64,000 nt of DNA from Podarcis cretensis (lineage: Eukaryota), in the NCBI GenBank assembly GCA_951804945.1, contig OX638163.1:26660001-26724000 (forward strand). Reading direction: 5' to 3'. Below the pieces are notes generated by a model, which saw nothing but the letters and a program-made list of their open reading frames with translations, did no database searches and was not told the DNA's origin. Below, piece by piece: positions 47,365 to 59,716 of this stretch (the first letter of the stretch is position 1; every line of letters begins with the position of its first letter). Both the position numbers and the translations under genes were made by a program.

Positions 47365-47600
47365 ACTTTGAGTCCCTCCTCTTCCATCCCCAACAATATG
47401 CTGAGTACCTACAGAAAGTCCCAAGTGTCACACTCCATTGCATTCTCTGTTCTTGAATGCAGAGTGATTGACGGGCCCTTGGAGAAGGAGAATCTTCCAG
47501 ACTCTCCAGGAAGGTCTCTGCTGGCTGCTCTCTCCCTCCTCCCTCCTCTTCCTCCTCCACTATCTCGTAACTAGGCAGTTCTTCATTCAGCTGTAATTTG
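47365..47600 (-). mobile_element. LTR fragment homologous to 18504-18974
   Basis: LQLNEELPSYEIVEEEEEGGGREQPAETFLESLEDSPSPRARQSLCIQEQRM aligns by eye with LQLQEKLPSYKIVGE...EQPADTSLERLGTSSPRTHRSLRIQEQRM. Confidence 0.7.
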
Positions 47601-48627
47601 GTTAATTCATTTAAGTTTGGTCTATAGTTCATCCAATTGTTATATTCTGGTGTAGGGGCAAATGTTTCCTGGAAAGAAAAGCACATAGCACCCTCATCTA
47701 TCCTGCAACAGTAAGGTATGCTTTACCCCTGCAGCCACTGAAATTCTAAAGGGCATTGAGAATGAGGCAGAAATATGGTAGTCACTATTGTAGAAAGGAT
47801 AAAACATTTGAAAAACTGGTGAATAGATTTTGGCAAAGCACTTCAGATAATATTATGTCTGTGGGACTACCACATAGTCTGTTGGATATTGGAGCTGACT
47901 GGTGGGCCTTCTCATCATCTGTACAAATAATATTCCTTCACAGTTCTGGGAAATATTCAGTGGACCTAATCATTTATTCAACAGCACAAATTTTGGTTTT
48001 TGATTTTAGCAGACACTGTATAAAAGTTTCAGCAATCGAGTTACCCAAACAATTGCATTCCCTTAATCAAAGTGGAGATTTTAAAGTGGTGTTTGTTATT
48101 ATTTCCCCCCTCAGATGATCACCTTTAATGTATGCATCACTGGCTAACAGGGATAGGAAGAAAATCATTACTAATTGATATGCCTTAATGGTCTGTGAGG
48201 ATGAGCCCAAGAGAAATGCTTAGAGGAAGATATTTGATTCTAATTATGCCTGAGAAGGTACAAGCAGAACCATCATGACAGCTATATCATTGTCAAAGTG
48301 CCAGACCTTGGGTTTTCTGCTAATTTGACACTATTGCAAAATTCTGCTTCAATGAGTGCACTGAGAGGCAAAGTTGATAAAAGATGGAGACACAGAAAAG
48401 TAGGACATTTTTCCAGAAACGTTTATATGCGAGCGACATTGCGAAAGGTCAGAAACATGGATGGAAAGAGACAGCACAGCTCGGTGGTAGAGAATTTAAG
48501 TTACGTAAGGAAGACCCAGCTTCAGTTTCTAGCAATCACATTCAAAAGGATCTCAGGTCACAGCATAAGGACCTTTGCTGGAAACTTTGGAGAATAGCTA
48601 TGTGGTATAAAAATTTAATAATAAATA

Positions 48628-48854
48628 CATGGTGCCTCAGGTTACAGACGCTTCAGGTTACAGACTCCGCTAACCCAGAAATAATACCTCGGGTTAAGAA
48701 CTTTGCTTCAGGATGAGAACAGAAATCGCGCAGCAGCGGCGCAGCAGCAGCAGCAGGAAGCCCCATTAGCTAAAGTGGTGCTTCAGGTTAAGGACAGTTT
48801 CAGGTTAAGAACGGACCTCCAGAACGAATTAAGTTCTCAACCAGAGGTACCACT

Positions 48855-48855
<1 letters not shown>
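48628..48855. mobile_element. Tc1/mariner (Tigger-like) MITE followed by (TAA)n to 48898
   Basis: Same internal sequence and GAGGTACCACTG-TA end. Confidence 0.88.
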
Positions 48856-48899
<44 letters not shown>

Positions 48900-49327
48900 T
48901 GTGAGCCAATTACTCATGCCCCAAAATGCCATTCATGTTGACTAACCTTTCTCCAGTTCTCTCCCTGCAAACCTAACAATGGTTGCTAGCCACAATGTCT
49001 ATCTTCCACTTCCACAGCTGGAAGCAGTCTGCCTTTGAATACAAGTTGCTGGAAATTGCTGGTGAGGACAGTGATGTTCAGGTTGTACTTGATATGCTGC
49101 TATGAGAACAGAGTGCTGGACTAGATATCCAGCAGGGCTCTTCTTATGTTCATAGACATTTGTGCTGCACATCTGGATGAAGTTCTCTTGCAGACTACCT
49201 CCATGGATGCTTTGGAGGTTGGGAAGATTTTCGGTAATTTCTCAGAACATTTGATTTGCTCACGAGAAACAAAGTTTTTCTGGGGTGTGTAGGTAGGTGT
49301 GTTAGAATCTGGCTCATTTTAGAGGTG

Positions 49328-49355
49328 TTTTTTTTTTTTTTTTTTTTTTTTTTTT
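49328..49355. repeat. Poly(T) run
   Basis: 28 T. Confidence 0.9.
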
Positions 49356-50449
49356 GCAACACTCACTATCCATAAATTTTAATTAGCTTTTTTAAAAACA
49401 AAAAACAAACTTTCAGATAATTCTAATTTGCACCAATCTGGTAGAGTACAAAAATCAGAGGCTGTTGCTTTGTGAGCTGTCTTCTCAAAATCAAAGTGCA
49501 CCATGTGTTTTTGTAAGAAATTATTTTCTAACAGTGCACATCTGTTCTTTTGAGACAGGAGTTTTAATATAAGGAACCCCAGGTTAGGGGCCTGAATGTT
49601 GCCCACCAGGACACTATTCCCAGGCTGCAGCCCTCCCAGGCCCTGTTTTGAACCCCAATTAACTTAGATAATGTGTCTTGCTTGCCTGGATGGAGGACAA
49701 AAAGGGAGCGCAAGAATGATGTGTAGAAACTGCCCTACTGTACCAAACCAAAATCTTCATTTGTTGCTGTGACCACATTTGCTTCTGACCCTGCCTACTG
49801 CTGGCATATAGCTCCCTGAAAGTTGCCCAGAATAGTATGTGGCTCACAGTCGGGGGGGGGGGAGAGATTCCTCCCCTTTGTTTTAATCAGATGCACCTCT
49901 GCATATATGCTTCCATGTGACCTTGGATAATCCTGGAACTGGGAAATATAATACAAAGCTTTTGATAAAATGTAAGAGGCTTAAGTTGTAGAAGTGATAT
50001 GATTTTTGTGCATTAATTTGCATCTCCTCTAATTAAAGGTGTTAGCAGTGACAAAAGAAAGGCACTTGATCAGCAATTTGGAGAAGTTTTACAAAGGTTT
50101 GTTCTTGATTGTGTGGAAGTGTTTGATGTGCAAAGATCTTCCAGGATTCTACTTTAATAAAGGGTGCAGTGTTTTGATAATCAGCAACTGTGAAGATGCA
50201 TGAATGTTTGGGTTGACAATAATATGCTTACTGTCACTCAGAAGTTTAGTCCCCCCCCCTTATATATAAAAAACCCCAGTTAAACACAGCTGGTATTCTC
50301 CAGCAACTTACTCTTCGCCATGTTCAGGGAAGGTGGAATATAGCCAATATTGGATATGCTTTCAATCATTTTATCTTCAAAGCAAATGCAGCCTGTGACT
50401 GATATCTAAAGCAAAAAGGAAAGAAAGAAAGAAATATAAGACCTGGAAG

Positions 50450-50607
50450 CAGTGGCGCAGCGTGGGTTATCAGCACCCGGGGCAAGGCAAGTAATTTGCG
50501 CCCCCTAACCCGTGGATTTGCGCCCCCTAACCCGTGGATTTCCCTAACCCCCAGATGTTGCGACCGGTGCGGCCGGCCCCCCCTGCACCCCCCACGCTAC
50601 GCCACTG
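50450..50607. mobile_element. Young GC-rich hAT-type MITE
   Basis: TIR CAGTGGCG(C/T)AGCGTGGG...CCCACGCTACGCCACTG; perfect 8-bp TSD CCTGGAAG; internal repeat TTTGCGCCCCCTAACCCGTGGA. Confidence 0.9.
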
Positions 50608-51204
50608 CCTGGAAGTAAGATCTATTGAAAACAATGCCTTTCTTCAGAGGAGAAATTTAGATGCCCCTGTACCAAGCAGGATTGAATCCTCTATGCAGCA
50701 GCTGATGCAAAGGGAATTCATGCTTCAGGTGTGCTAGCAGCCAATCCAGTCACATATACCTGCCCCTCACCAGGCATCCCATGTTAATTTAGGGGTGGGG
50801 AGGTGGATATGGCTTAGGGAAAATGGCCTCATGGGCTAAATTTTAACTGCAAGGCTGAGGTTCCTCACCATTGCTGTAAATTGAGCTTTTTTCTGTTTAA
50901 GGAATAAAATATAGAGATGAATGGGTATATGGAGGGACCTTCAGCTGTATCACTAGAAGGAGATTTGTTTTAGTGAGTTCAAGGACTTACCACAAAGGGG
51001 AACTGTTTAAAGAGTTGTGAGTTTCTGATTCTATCTTCTGATGGCATAGCAACCAAAGTGTTCGATTAGGACTAGGGGAGACCCATATTGAAAACACAAC
51101 CTAGTCATTAAGCTTGGTGGGTGACTTTGGGCCAATCTCTCAGCCTAATTTATCTCTCAAGATTGTTAAGTTTGCATCAGACACTTCTTTATTTTTCACA
51201 AAAG

Positions 51205-51760
51205 GGGGTGACTTAAATAATCAAAGGGATGGAGGAACTTCCCTGTGAAGAAATGTTGCAGCGTTTGGAACTCTATTGTTTTACACAGAAGGTAAGAGAT
51301 GACATGATAGAAGTTTATAAAATTATGCATGGCCTGGAGAAAGTGGTTAGAAAAAGGTTTTTCTCACTCTCTCATAATACTGGAACTCATGGACATCCAA
51401 TGAAGCTGAATGTTGGAAGATCAGGGCAGATTTTTTTCAAAAGCACTTCTTCATGCTGTACATAGTTAAATATGGAACGTGCTCCCACAGTAGGCAGTGA
51501 TAGCCACTAAACGGATAATTTTAAAAGAGGAGTAAACTAGTTTTTGGATGATAAGGCTACTAGCTGCATGGCTACTAGCCATGATGACTGTGCTCTGCCT
51601 CCATGGTTAGAGGCAGTAATGGTTCCAAATACCTGATGCTGGAAACTACAGGAGGCAAAGATCTTTGGGGGCTCAGGTCCTGCTTATGGGTTGCCTGCAG
51701 CCATCTGGTTGGCTACTATGAGAATAGGATGCTGGACTAGGTGGGGCCATTAGTATGATG
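51205..51760 (+). mobile_element. CR1 LINE 3' portion
   Basis: GMEELPCEEMLQRL...DMIEVYKIMHGLEKV...THGHPMKL (CR1 ORF2 C-terminus) plus 3' UTR. Confidence 0.85.
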
Positions 51761-54700
51761 TCCATATCCAATGTTGTCTGCTCTGTCATTCTTCAGATCT
51801 TTCTCAGTATTTGCTTTCTGCTTCATTTATTTATTTATTTAAAGCATATGACAGGAATTTAGTCTCGAATATTCTACATGCAAAGTGTATGCTGTGCCAC
51901 TGACATATTGCTTCTTCTGTAGTGAGTATTTTGCTATCTTAAATATCAGTTCATTTTCCCCTTCCAGTAGGAACTTCCTATAGAAATGTAAATACATTAT
52001 TAACTCCTGAGCATTGGGAATTCAAATATGCATGGAAGATCATGTATTATGTTGTATATAAGGCTCTGAAACTGTAGAAGATTGCAGTTTCTTACTCCAG
52101 AGATAATACTAAGGCTACTAAAGTTGCTAACTAGTGCAGAATGAGTGAATGTTAATCAGACTGTATAACAAGTAGAGACTGTGAGAGGCAAGGCAACTTA
52201 ATCTGAACAGGGTTACATACACCCTCACCCCCATTATTTATTCTGGTTCAAATGCAAAGAGGAGGTGGATAAAGCAGTAATAAAGATACCTTGAAATCTT
52301 GAGGAAATAGTGCCGTCTCAGTGGGACTCATTACCATACTGTTAGGACAAGTAGAATAACTTGATACAAAAAAGAAATTACAACACAGCACACAGCAAGA
52401 GAGAGAGAGAGGGAAGGCAAAGTCAGGTATGGGCAACCTGTGCCAATCCAGAGCTTCTTAGACTCCTTCTACCATAAACCACAACTAGCATAACAAATAG
52501 GAGCTGTAGCTGAGCAGTAACTTGAGAGCTACAGATTCAAAGAGGTGCAATCTTATTCCTGCAAGATAGAACATCCAGTTTATTTTAACACCCAGGGCAG
52601 TTCGGTTGACACTGACTAGCAGTAGTTTTACAGGGTCTCAGGCAGGAGCCTTTCCTAACCTTACCTGGAGATGCCCGGGCAGGGACAGGACGTGGGATTC
52701 ATGGGGCAGTACTGCCATCTCACCGAGCAAGTACAAGAAGATAACTTGGTCATTGGTATCAAAAGCCACTGAGAGATCAAGTAAAATCACATGATCACCC
52801 ACCTTGCCCTCCTGGCAAAAGTCACCCATAAGGACAAATAAAGCAGATTCAGGCTGTAACCTGGCCTGAGATGGGTCAAGATTATCATTTTAATCCCAGA
52901 GTGCTTGCAACAGATGAGCAAGGCTTCTCTGGTGTGTTGGGAAGGCAGAAAAGGAAAGAGCAGCCTTTGCTCCTCAACAAAGCAAAGAGCAGCTACCTTA
53001 AACTCTTAAAGGTTTGGGACACCTGCAACTGTAGCAATCAGTCCATTCCTGCAAGTCCAAATGAGCTCTTTTTGCTAGTCACTTCCAATATAGCACCAGA
53101 TTTAGGGTAGTGCACATGGTCCGTCCCCCCCAACAGATTGCCCAACTGAGGGGTTGCAAAATAATAATAACTTCTGTTTTTGTAATAATGTGAATTTTCA
53201 GTGAGCCTATTGAGAAGCCCCATTAAAAAGCAACTGCATCGAAATGAATTATTGTGGAAACCAGAAATATGGGAGGGGGGATTTTGTCCTCGCTCAGGAC
53301 GCCATATTACCAAAGTCTGTCCCTGTCCAATAGACATTTTACCTAAGTACTTTTGTGAAAATTGCGTGGCTGGAGAACCACACTGCAACATTTGCATAAG
53401 TGCAAATTTCACAGGGCATGTGTTGGAAAGTAGTAGCAAGACTAGTAAGACTAGTAAGACTGGAGCCACTGAAGCAGTGCCCCCAATGGCCAGCCCTTTG
53501 GTAGTCCAAAGAGTACTATTGATAATAGGATAAAAACCTGAGACAATGGGTGTTTTGGATTACAACTGTGAATATATCTTTAAAACAAACAAGCTACACA
53601 CATACCCCTTAATTGTACATTTGGCTTATACTTTTCAAATTAAATATTTCTTCAGATGTGCTAAATATTCTGGACACCAAAGACGCTTAACTGATCGAAG
53701 TGAATTAATTCTAGGGTGGTGATAGAGTAAAAACTGGAAATCATCTTGAAGGTGAAACACTAGAATCTGCTCATTTTAAAAAGCGATTCCAGCACGAATC
53801 CGCAGAGCAAGAGGGACAGATGTGTCAGTTTCAGAGAAGAGCTGGAAATTGCTTCTCTTGCAAAGCCATATCATGTGCTTTCGGATAATCTATTCAGAAG
53901 TGCAGTAAGTCAATCCAAAAAACATTACAGTGTCCTATTAAGTCCTTGGACAACAGGATTTGTGTGTCTTTAAGTTTAAATCAAAGCCTAATCCATACTT
54001 CTGAATGAGCTAAAAGAGCAGGATTCATTTTCAACAGGGATTCAGCATGCCCATCTGAGTAACAAATATGTAGCCAAAATCTGTTTTCTATTTTCCATTA
54101 GCCTTGACAAAGCAAAGGGTCCCTTTTGATACTTTGCATCTGGAACCTAGAGATGGAGGGGTTCTGTTAGTAAAGGCATTTGCCCATTGCAGTTTCTGAT
54201 CAAAGCATTCAGAATGATAGATGTCAGTCCTTCAGAAATTGAGAACTAACTGGAAAATTCTGTATTAGGGTCAAATTAGATGCGATGGGTGGGGGAGGCC
54301 ATATGTGCAGCTCCCAAAATCTTTCCTCCCATTCTATGAAAAGGATGTGGATAAGAGCTCAATGGGAGGGGGAAATCTCTCTCTCACCCCCCCCTGCTTC
54401 CAATTCAAATTGCCCCACCAGCGCTGCTGTATACTGTAGCATAGGGTGGGGAGGGAGCTTTTTTCTTTTTCTTTGTAAATAGTGGCTGCAAGGAAACCAG
54501 ATCAATGTAAGAAACATAAGACACTTGTAAGGAGCCATTGACCCATTTAGCTTAGTTTTTACAATGCTAACTTGTAGTGGTTAATGGTGCGATTGAAACC
54601 TTCTGCATGCAAAGAGGATGCTCCGCCATTTCCTTGTGATTCAAAAACAGGTAAGTCCTGCCTAGGAAGGTAGCAGCATAGGAAGCTGTCTTACCCCAGG

Positions 54701-55062
54701 TGAGGCCAATTGCTAGCTCTCTCTGTCTGGCTGTGGCTCTCCACGGTTTCAGACAGAGGGCATTTCCAAACCTTCCTGCAGATGCTAAGGAGAGATCCTG
54801 GGACCTTTCATATGCACAGCCAATGCTCTACAACTAAATTAAGGCCCTTCTACATTAAGTCATAGGGAGGAAAGAATGAGGGTTCCCCCCTTGCCTTGTT
54901 ATTGATTAAACTTGCCCACTTCAGCTGCCAGTTGCATTAGGAGGATACTATTAAATTACAAGAGCTGTAGCTGGCGCCCTGGAAGCTGTGTTCTCCTGAT
55001 TGTTGGGTCTGCCATGTTCAGACTCCAGCAGTGGGATGTCTAATTTACTTTGGACAAAAATA

Positions 55063-55304
55063 CAGTAGTACATTGGGTTACAGACGCTTCAGGTTACAGA
55101 CGCTTCAGGTTACAGACTCCGCTAACGCAGAAATAGTACCTCAGGTTAAGAACTTTGCTTCAGGATGAGGACAGAAATCGTGCGGCAGTGGCGCGGCAGC
55201 AGCAGGAGGCTCCATTAGCTAAAGTGGTACTTTAGGTTAAGAACAGTTTCAGGTTAAGAATGGACCTCCAGAACGAATTAAGTTCTTAACCTGAGGTACC
55301 GCTA
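55063..55304. mobile_element. Tc1/mariner (Tigger-like) 242-bp MITE
   Basis: TA-flanked, slightly decayed TIRs, same internal sequence. Confidence 0.9.
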
Positions 55305-56074
55305 TAGATTACCTTTTCCCTTGTCATGTTTTGGCTGGAACCCTTCACCCATTTATGTGGGAGTAAGCTTTGTTGAACTCAACATGACTCCTTTTGAGTA
55401 GACATGTATAGGATTGCTCTCAAAGTTTTTAGAAGGCAGATATAACAGAATCCCAGTTATTAATAGATGCTGCCTCTGAAACAGTGATGGGGTGGAGATT
55501 ATCTTTATTTTTCTTTTTAAAAAAAACACAACAACAAGTTTTGACAAGGGGTTTAGAGAAATTTTTAATGAACCTCTTTACACCACTTCCCCACCCCCAC
55601 CCCCAGGTCATTCTTCAGAATTGGTGCTATTTTACTTGAGGGTTCCAATCTTTTAATAAGTTGCAGAAGGGAAGGGAGGCGAGAAAATGTGTAGCAATAT
55701 CACTTAGATCTGCTAAAACTGCTTCTTGACTGTTTTTTATGTTAATACATGATTGAATTTGTGTAGTAACCCTCCATAGGTTGTTGGATTCCACCTCTCA
55801 TCAGCCCCAGGAAGCATGGGAGCTATAGTTACACAGCACCAGTAAGAACACAAACTCACCATCCCTGGCTTAAGTTCTCCTGCACCCTTTGTGGTCTTCC
55901 ACCTCCTGCTTCTGCTGCTCCCAAGTAATGCCAACCAGCAAGACGCCATTCCTCAAGTAGTAGTGATCCTTAATGCCCTGTGGTGATGTTAAACCTTTTT
56001 ATTTTCAAAAGTTCCTGTTTTGGAAAAGAACTTCATTGGCCACAGTCTATCCCCATCACTGTGGTAGTCTAGAT

Positions 56075-56211
56075 CAGTGTTTCCCAACCTTGTGCCTCCA
56101 GCGGTTTTTGGACTACAATTCCCATCATCCCTTGCCACTGGTCTTGCTAGTCATGGGATGATGGGAGTTGTAGTTCAAAAACAGTTGGAGGCACAAGGTT
56201 GGGAAACACTG
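56075..56211. mobile_element. Palindromic hAT-Charlie/MER5-like MITE
   Basis: Near-perfect ~55-bp inverted arms CAGTGTTTCCCAACCTTGTGCCTCCA...; perfect 8-bp TSD GTCTAGAT; decayed relatives near 2495, 7580, 30050, 44244, 52428 and 58397. Confidence 0.92.
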
Positions 56212-57115
56212 GTCTAGATAACATGTCCCAAACTTACAATAATCACTCACATCTTTTGAGAGCTTAGTCTTATAAGTGTACCCCTTCTCAGGTAAAAATA
56301 ATTTGGGGTATTAAATAATAACAGTACTATTTTATCTTTGAATTGTTTTCTGCAGCTTAAAAAAACCCCCCAAACTATGAAAAAGCAGAAACATGTGATA
56401 ACTGGTAGTTTAGGTGATCTGCTACTGAAAAATAGTGGAACAAATTGCAACCTGAGCACATTATGTGTCTGGAAGGGTTCCCTGTTTAAGGGGCTGCCGT
56501 AAGATAGCAGAAATGGGAGACAGGGTGGAACATTTCCAAACAGTTTGACTGCATTGGAATTCCCCCCCCCCCCACTTTAAAGCTGCCAGCAAATCCTGAG
56601 CCAATTCAAAGAGAGGCCACCTCTAGATCTAGCCAACAACCACAAATAAATTCCACACCACATTGTCAGCCTCTTTCTTCTCTAAGAAGTGCTAACTTCA
56701 CTAGCATTCAAGCCACCCAGCCACCCACGCTTAAAGTTGTTCTCCTATGCTTCATATCTGTGCTTTTCACCTTCCCCCCCCCCATCACCCCCTGCACTAA
56801 GACTTCTGACTCAGTGGTGACAATATCAAAAACACAAAAGCTCTCACCAAGGCAGCCAAGGCATGATAAATGCAGCCTCCTCCTCCTGGTGTACTTTTAC
56901 AACTGCTTGTTTAACAGTTATCTTAGTCAATGCGGATGAAATAAATTCATCACAGTCCTATGTGCACTTGAATTTAAAACAAAAACAACCCCCCCCCCGA
57001 AACTTAAGAACTCGTAATATAGTTTACTGTTATTTTAAGAAGAAAACCTGATAGTCAGCCTTGTCTGAAGGCCTCCTCCATCCAATCACCCTTTTGGAGC
57101 AAACTCAGCTTTTCC

Positions 57116-57208
57116 CATGCCCATTTTAGGAGGGCTCCAGCCCCCACTGGCACCATGGTAAACATGCCCATTTTAGGAGGGCTCCAGCCCCCACTGGCCC
57201 ATGGTAAA
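57116..57208. repeat. 47-bp tandem duplication (one 1-nt indel)
   Basis: CATGCCCATTTTAGGAGGGCTCCAGCCCCCACTGGC(A)CCATGGTAAA x2. Confidence 0.93.
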
Positions 57209-57365
57209 CAGCAACTTTAAAGCCTTCAAAATGAGTTTGTCTTTCTGCTGTTCATATTCCAGAAGTGGCAGCTTTATAGTTCTCTAGACTTGGCTGCTTG
57301 ACAGGGGGCACTACTGACAATGAACCTTATAAAGGGAAGGTATCAAAGCAGGAGTGAAGGACCTG

Positions 57366-57734
57366 CATACTCTGCAACATTTCTCTGATGAAAATAGGAT
57401 GTCCTATTTAGTAGTAGTAGTAGTACTAGTAGTACCCACCCATCTGACTGGGCTGCCCCAGCCATTATGGGCAGCTTCTAACATATTTAAAAACATAATA
57501 AAACATTCAACACACACACAAAAACTTCCCTGTACAGGGCTGCCTTCAGATGTCTTCTAAAGGTTGCATCTCCTTGGGTTGGGGATCACATAACTCCATA
57601 CCTTCCAACATTTCTCTGGTGAAAATAGGGACATCCTGAGGAAAAGCAGGACATTCCAGGATCAAATCAGAAACTCGGACAGATTCTGTAAATCCAGGAC
57701 TGTCCCTGGAAAATGGGGACACTTGGAAGGTCTG
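57366..57734 (-). mobile_element. Composite MITE carrying a LINE 3' fragment (copy 2)
   Basis: Reverse complement of the 11039 layout; flanking direct repeat GACCTG (57360-57365 / 57735-57740). Confidence 0.72.
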
Positions 57735-59124
57735 GACCTGTGGTCCAGGGGTTGAATGTGACCCACTAGAACTATCAGTCTGGCCCTTACCTGGCTGGAA
57801 TGTGCCCTTGGACTCTGATAATGGCTCTTGCTTGTCTGGGTGGAGGACAGATAGGTATGTGCAGATTGTACAAAGGTCAGAGTCACTTCAATTGCTCTGT
57901 CCACTTTTGTCTCTAGTCCTCGCCCCCCACTGACATGTGCTCCCTGGAAGCTTGTCTACAGGGCTCTCTTGCTCTCAGGCTGAAAATGTTCCCCCAACCC
58001 TGCTCCAAAGGGTGGCTGCTATAGTATCAGCCTTCAACCAAAAGCATTTCCCAGGTCCCCACTTACTTATAAAACCATTCACCCTGCAGAAGGGGCCTTA
58101 CTGGCCTAGTTTGGCTACATAATTAGATAGCTACATGCTCTGTACTGCAGCTTCAACACATACTGTTCTTCCAGTCCTGCCTAGGAGGAGGGCTGCTAAG
58201 GCCTTAGTTGAGAGAAGAACTGAAATAAAGGAGGGGGGTGATAAATGCAATTGGTGCAGTAGCAACAGCTGTTCTGAATTCACATAGCCTGTCTCTTGTT
58301 GAACCGAAATGAGAAGTAGTAACAGCACAAAGAGGATTGTCCCATACTCAACAGCAGTTTGAGAAGAAGGACAGTCCTATTGGTAAGATCCTATATTTCA
58401 GGGATGATGAACCTGTGGCCCTGCAGATGACATTGGACTCCATCTTGTATCAGCTCTGGTCAACAGGGTCAGGGATGATGGGAGCTGTAATCCAGCAGCA
58501 TCTGGAGGGCCACAGGTTCCTCATCCCTGCTGTATTTCCTGACAATAAAAAATCGAGCCCATGGGAATAATTTCAATTTCCTTGAAATTCTCAACACCCT
58601 TGAGTCTCTCTGCATTATGAAAATACTTTTGATAATTCAGCTGACACACAGGATGTGAAGTCAAGATCTGTACATAGGCCACTGATACACTTTTAGAAGA
58701 CAACATGTTCAGACTCCACTGAAAAAGAACTTGCCTTCAACATGTAGACAATTCAATTTCAGACAGAACCCTATTATCTAGCAACAAGGAGTTTTCCCTC
58801 CTTAACCCTCGGAGAACATTATTCCATTGTTCACAGTTAAAGGATTGGGTGTCCCTCTTTCGCTGGCTCTCATTTGCTTTCCCCCCTGCTGCAAATGAGA
58901 GGTGTTTTATGCTTTCCTGCTGTGCTGTAAAACACGGCAAGAACCTAAAATAGTTCCACAGGGAAGGACAAAGATTTTCAGTATTTGTTAGTATAGGTGG
59001 ATATTCTATCCTTTACCTGGATATGAGCCCTGCTGAAGTCAGTGGTGCTTCAGGAATGAAGGCTGGATAAATCTATTTCCAAACTATGCCAGTTTTGAAA
59101 GTTTTGAAAGTGTTCATTCATACA

Positions 59125-59716
59125 GTAATACTAAAAGGAAAGGGAGTTCATGATGGCTGGGAGTTTGTTAAGAGGGAGATAGTAAAAGCACAATTTCAGG
59201 CAATACCAATGAGATGGAAACATGGAAGGTGCCTAAAGAAGCCAGGGTGGCTATCTAAAGAACTTTTAACTGAGTTAAGATTAAAAAAGGATGTGTACAA
59301 AAAATGGAAAAGGGGGGAAACCACCAAAGAGGAATTCAAACAAATAGCCAGCACGTGTAGACACAAAGTCAGAAAAGCTAAAGCACAGAATGAACTCAGG
59401 CTTGCTAGAGAGGTTAAAAGCAACAAAAAAGGCTTTTATGGGTATGTTTGTAGCAAAAGGAAGAACAAAGAAACAGTGGGGTCACTCACCTAAACATAAA
59501 CATAAGGAAGAACCTCCTGACAGTAAGAGCTGTTCGACAGTGGAATTTGCTGCCAAGGAGTGTGGTGGAGTCCCCTTCTTTGGAGGTCTTTAAGCGGAGG
59601 CTTGACAACCATATGTCAGGAGTGCTCTGATGGTGTTTCCTGCTTGGCAGGGGGTTGGACTCGATGGCCCTTGTGGTCTCTTCCAACTCTATGATTCTAT
59701 GATTCTATGATTCTAT
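59125..59716 (+). mobile_element. Young CR1 LINE, 5'-truncated and lacking the RT domain
   Basis: Open ORF2 tether (ILKGKGVHDGWEF...KAKAQNELRLAREVKSNKKGFYGYV) joined at ~59486 to the C-terminus (RKNLLTVRAVRQWNLLPRSVVESPSLEVFKRRLD, stop 59628-59630); (ATTCTATG)n tail. Confidence 0.92.

Noticed and set aside
53201-53533. Cys-rich ORF as a zinc-finger exon
   Set aside because: Cys spacing fits no domain I recognise, GTG start, and no convincing splice sites
59086-59493. 135-aa ORF as a host protein
   Set aside because: It is a CR1 ORF2 fragment ending at a deletion junction
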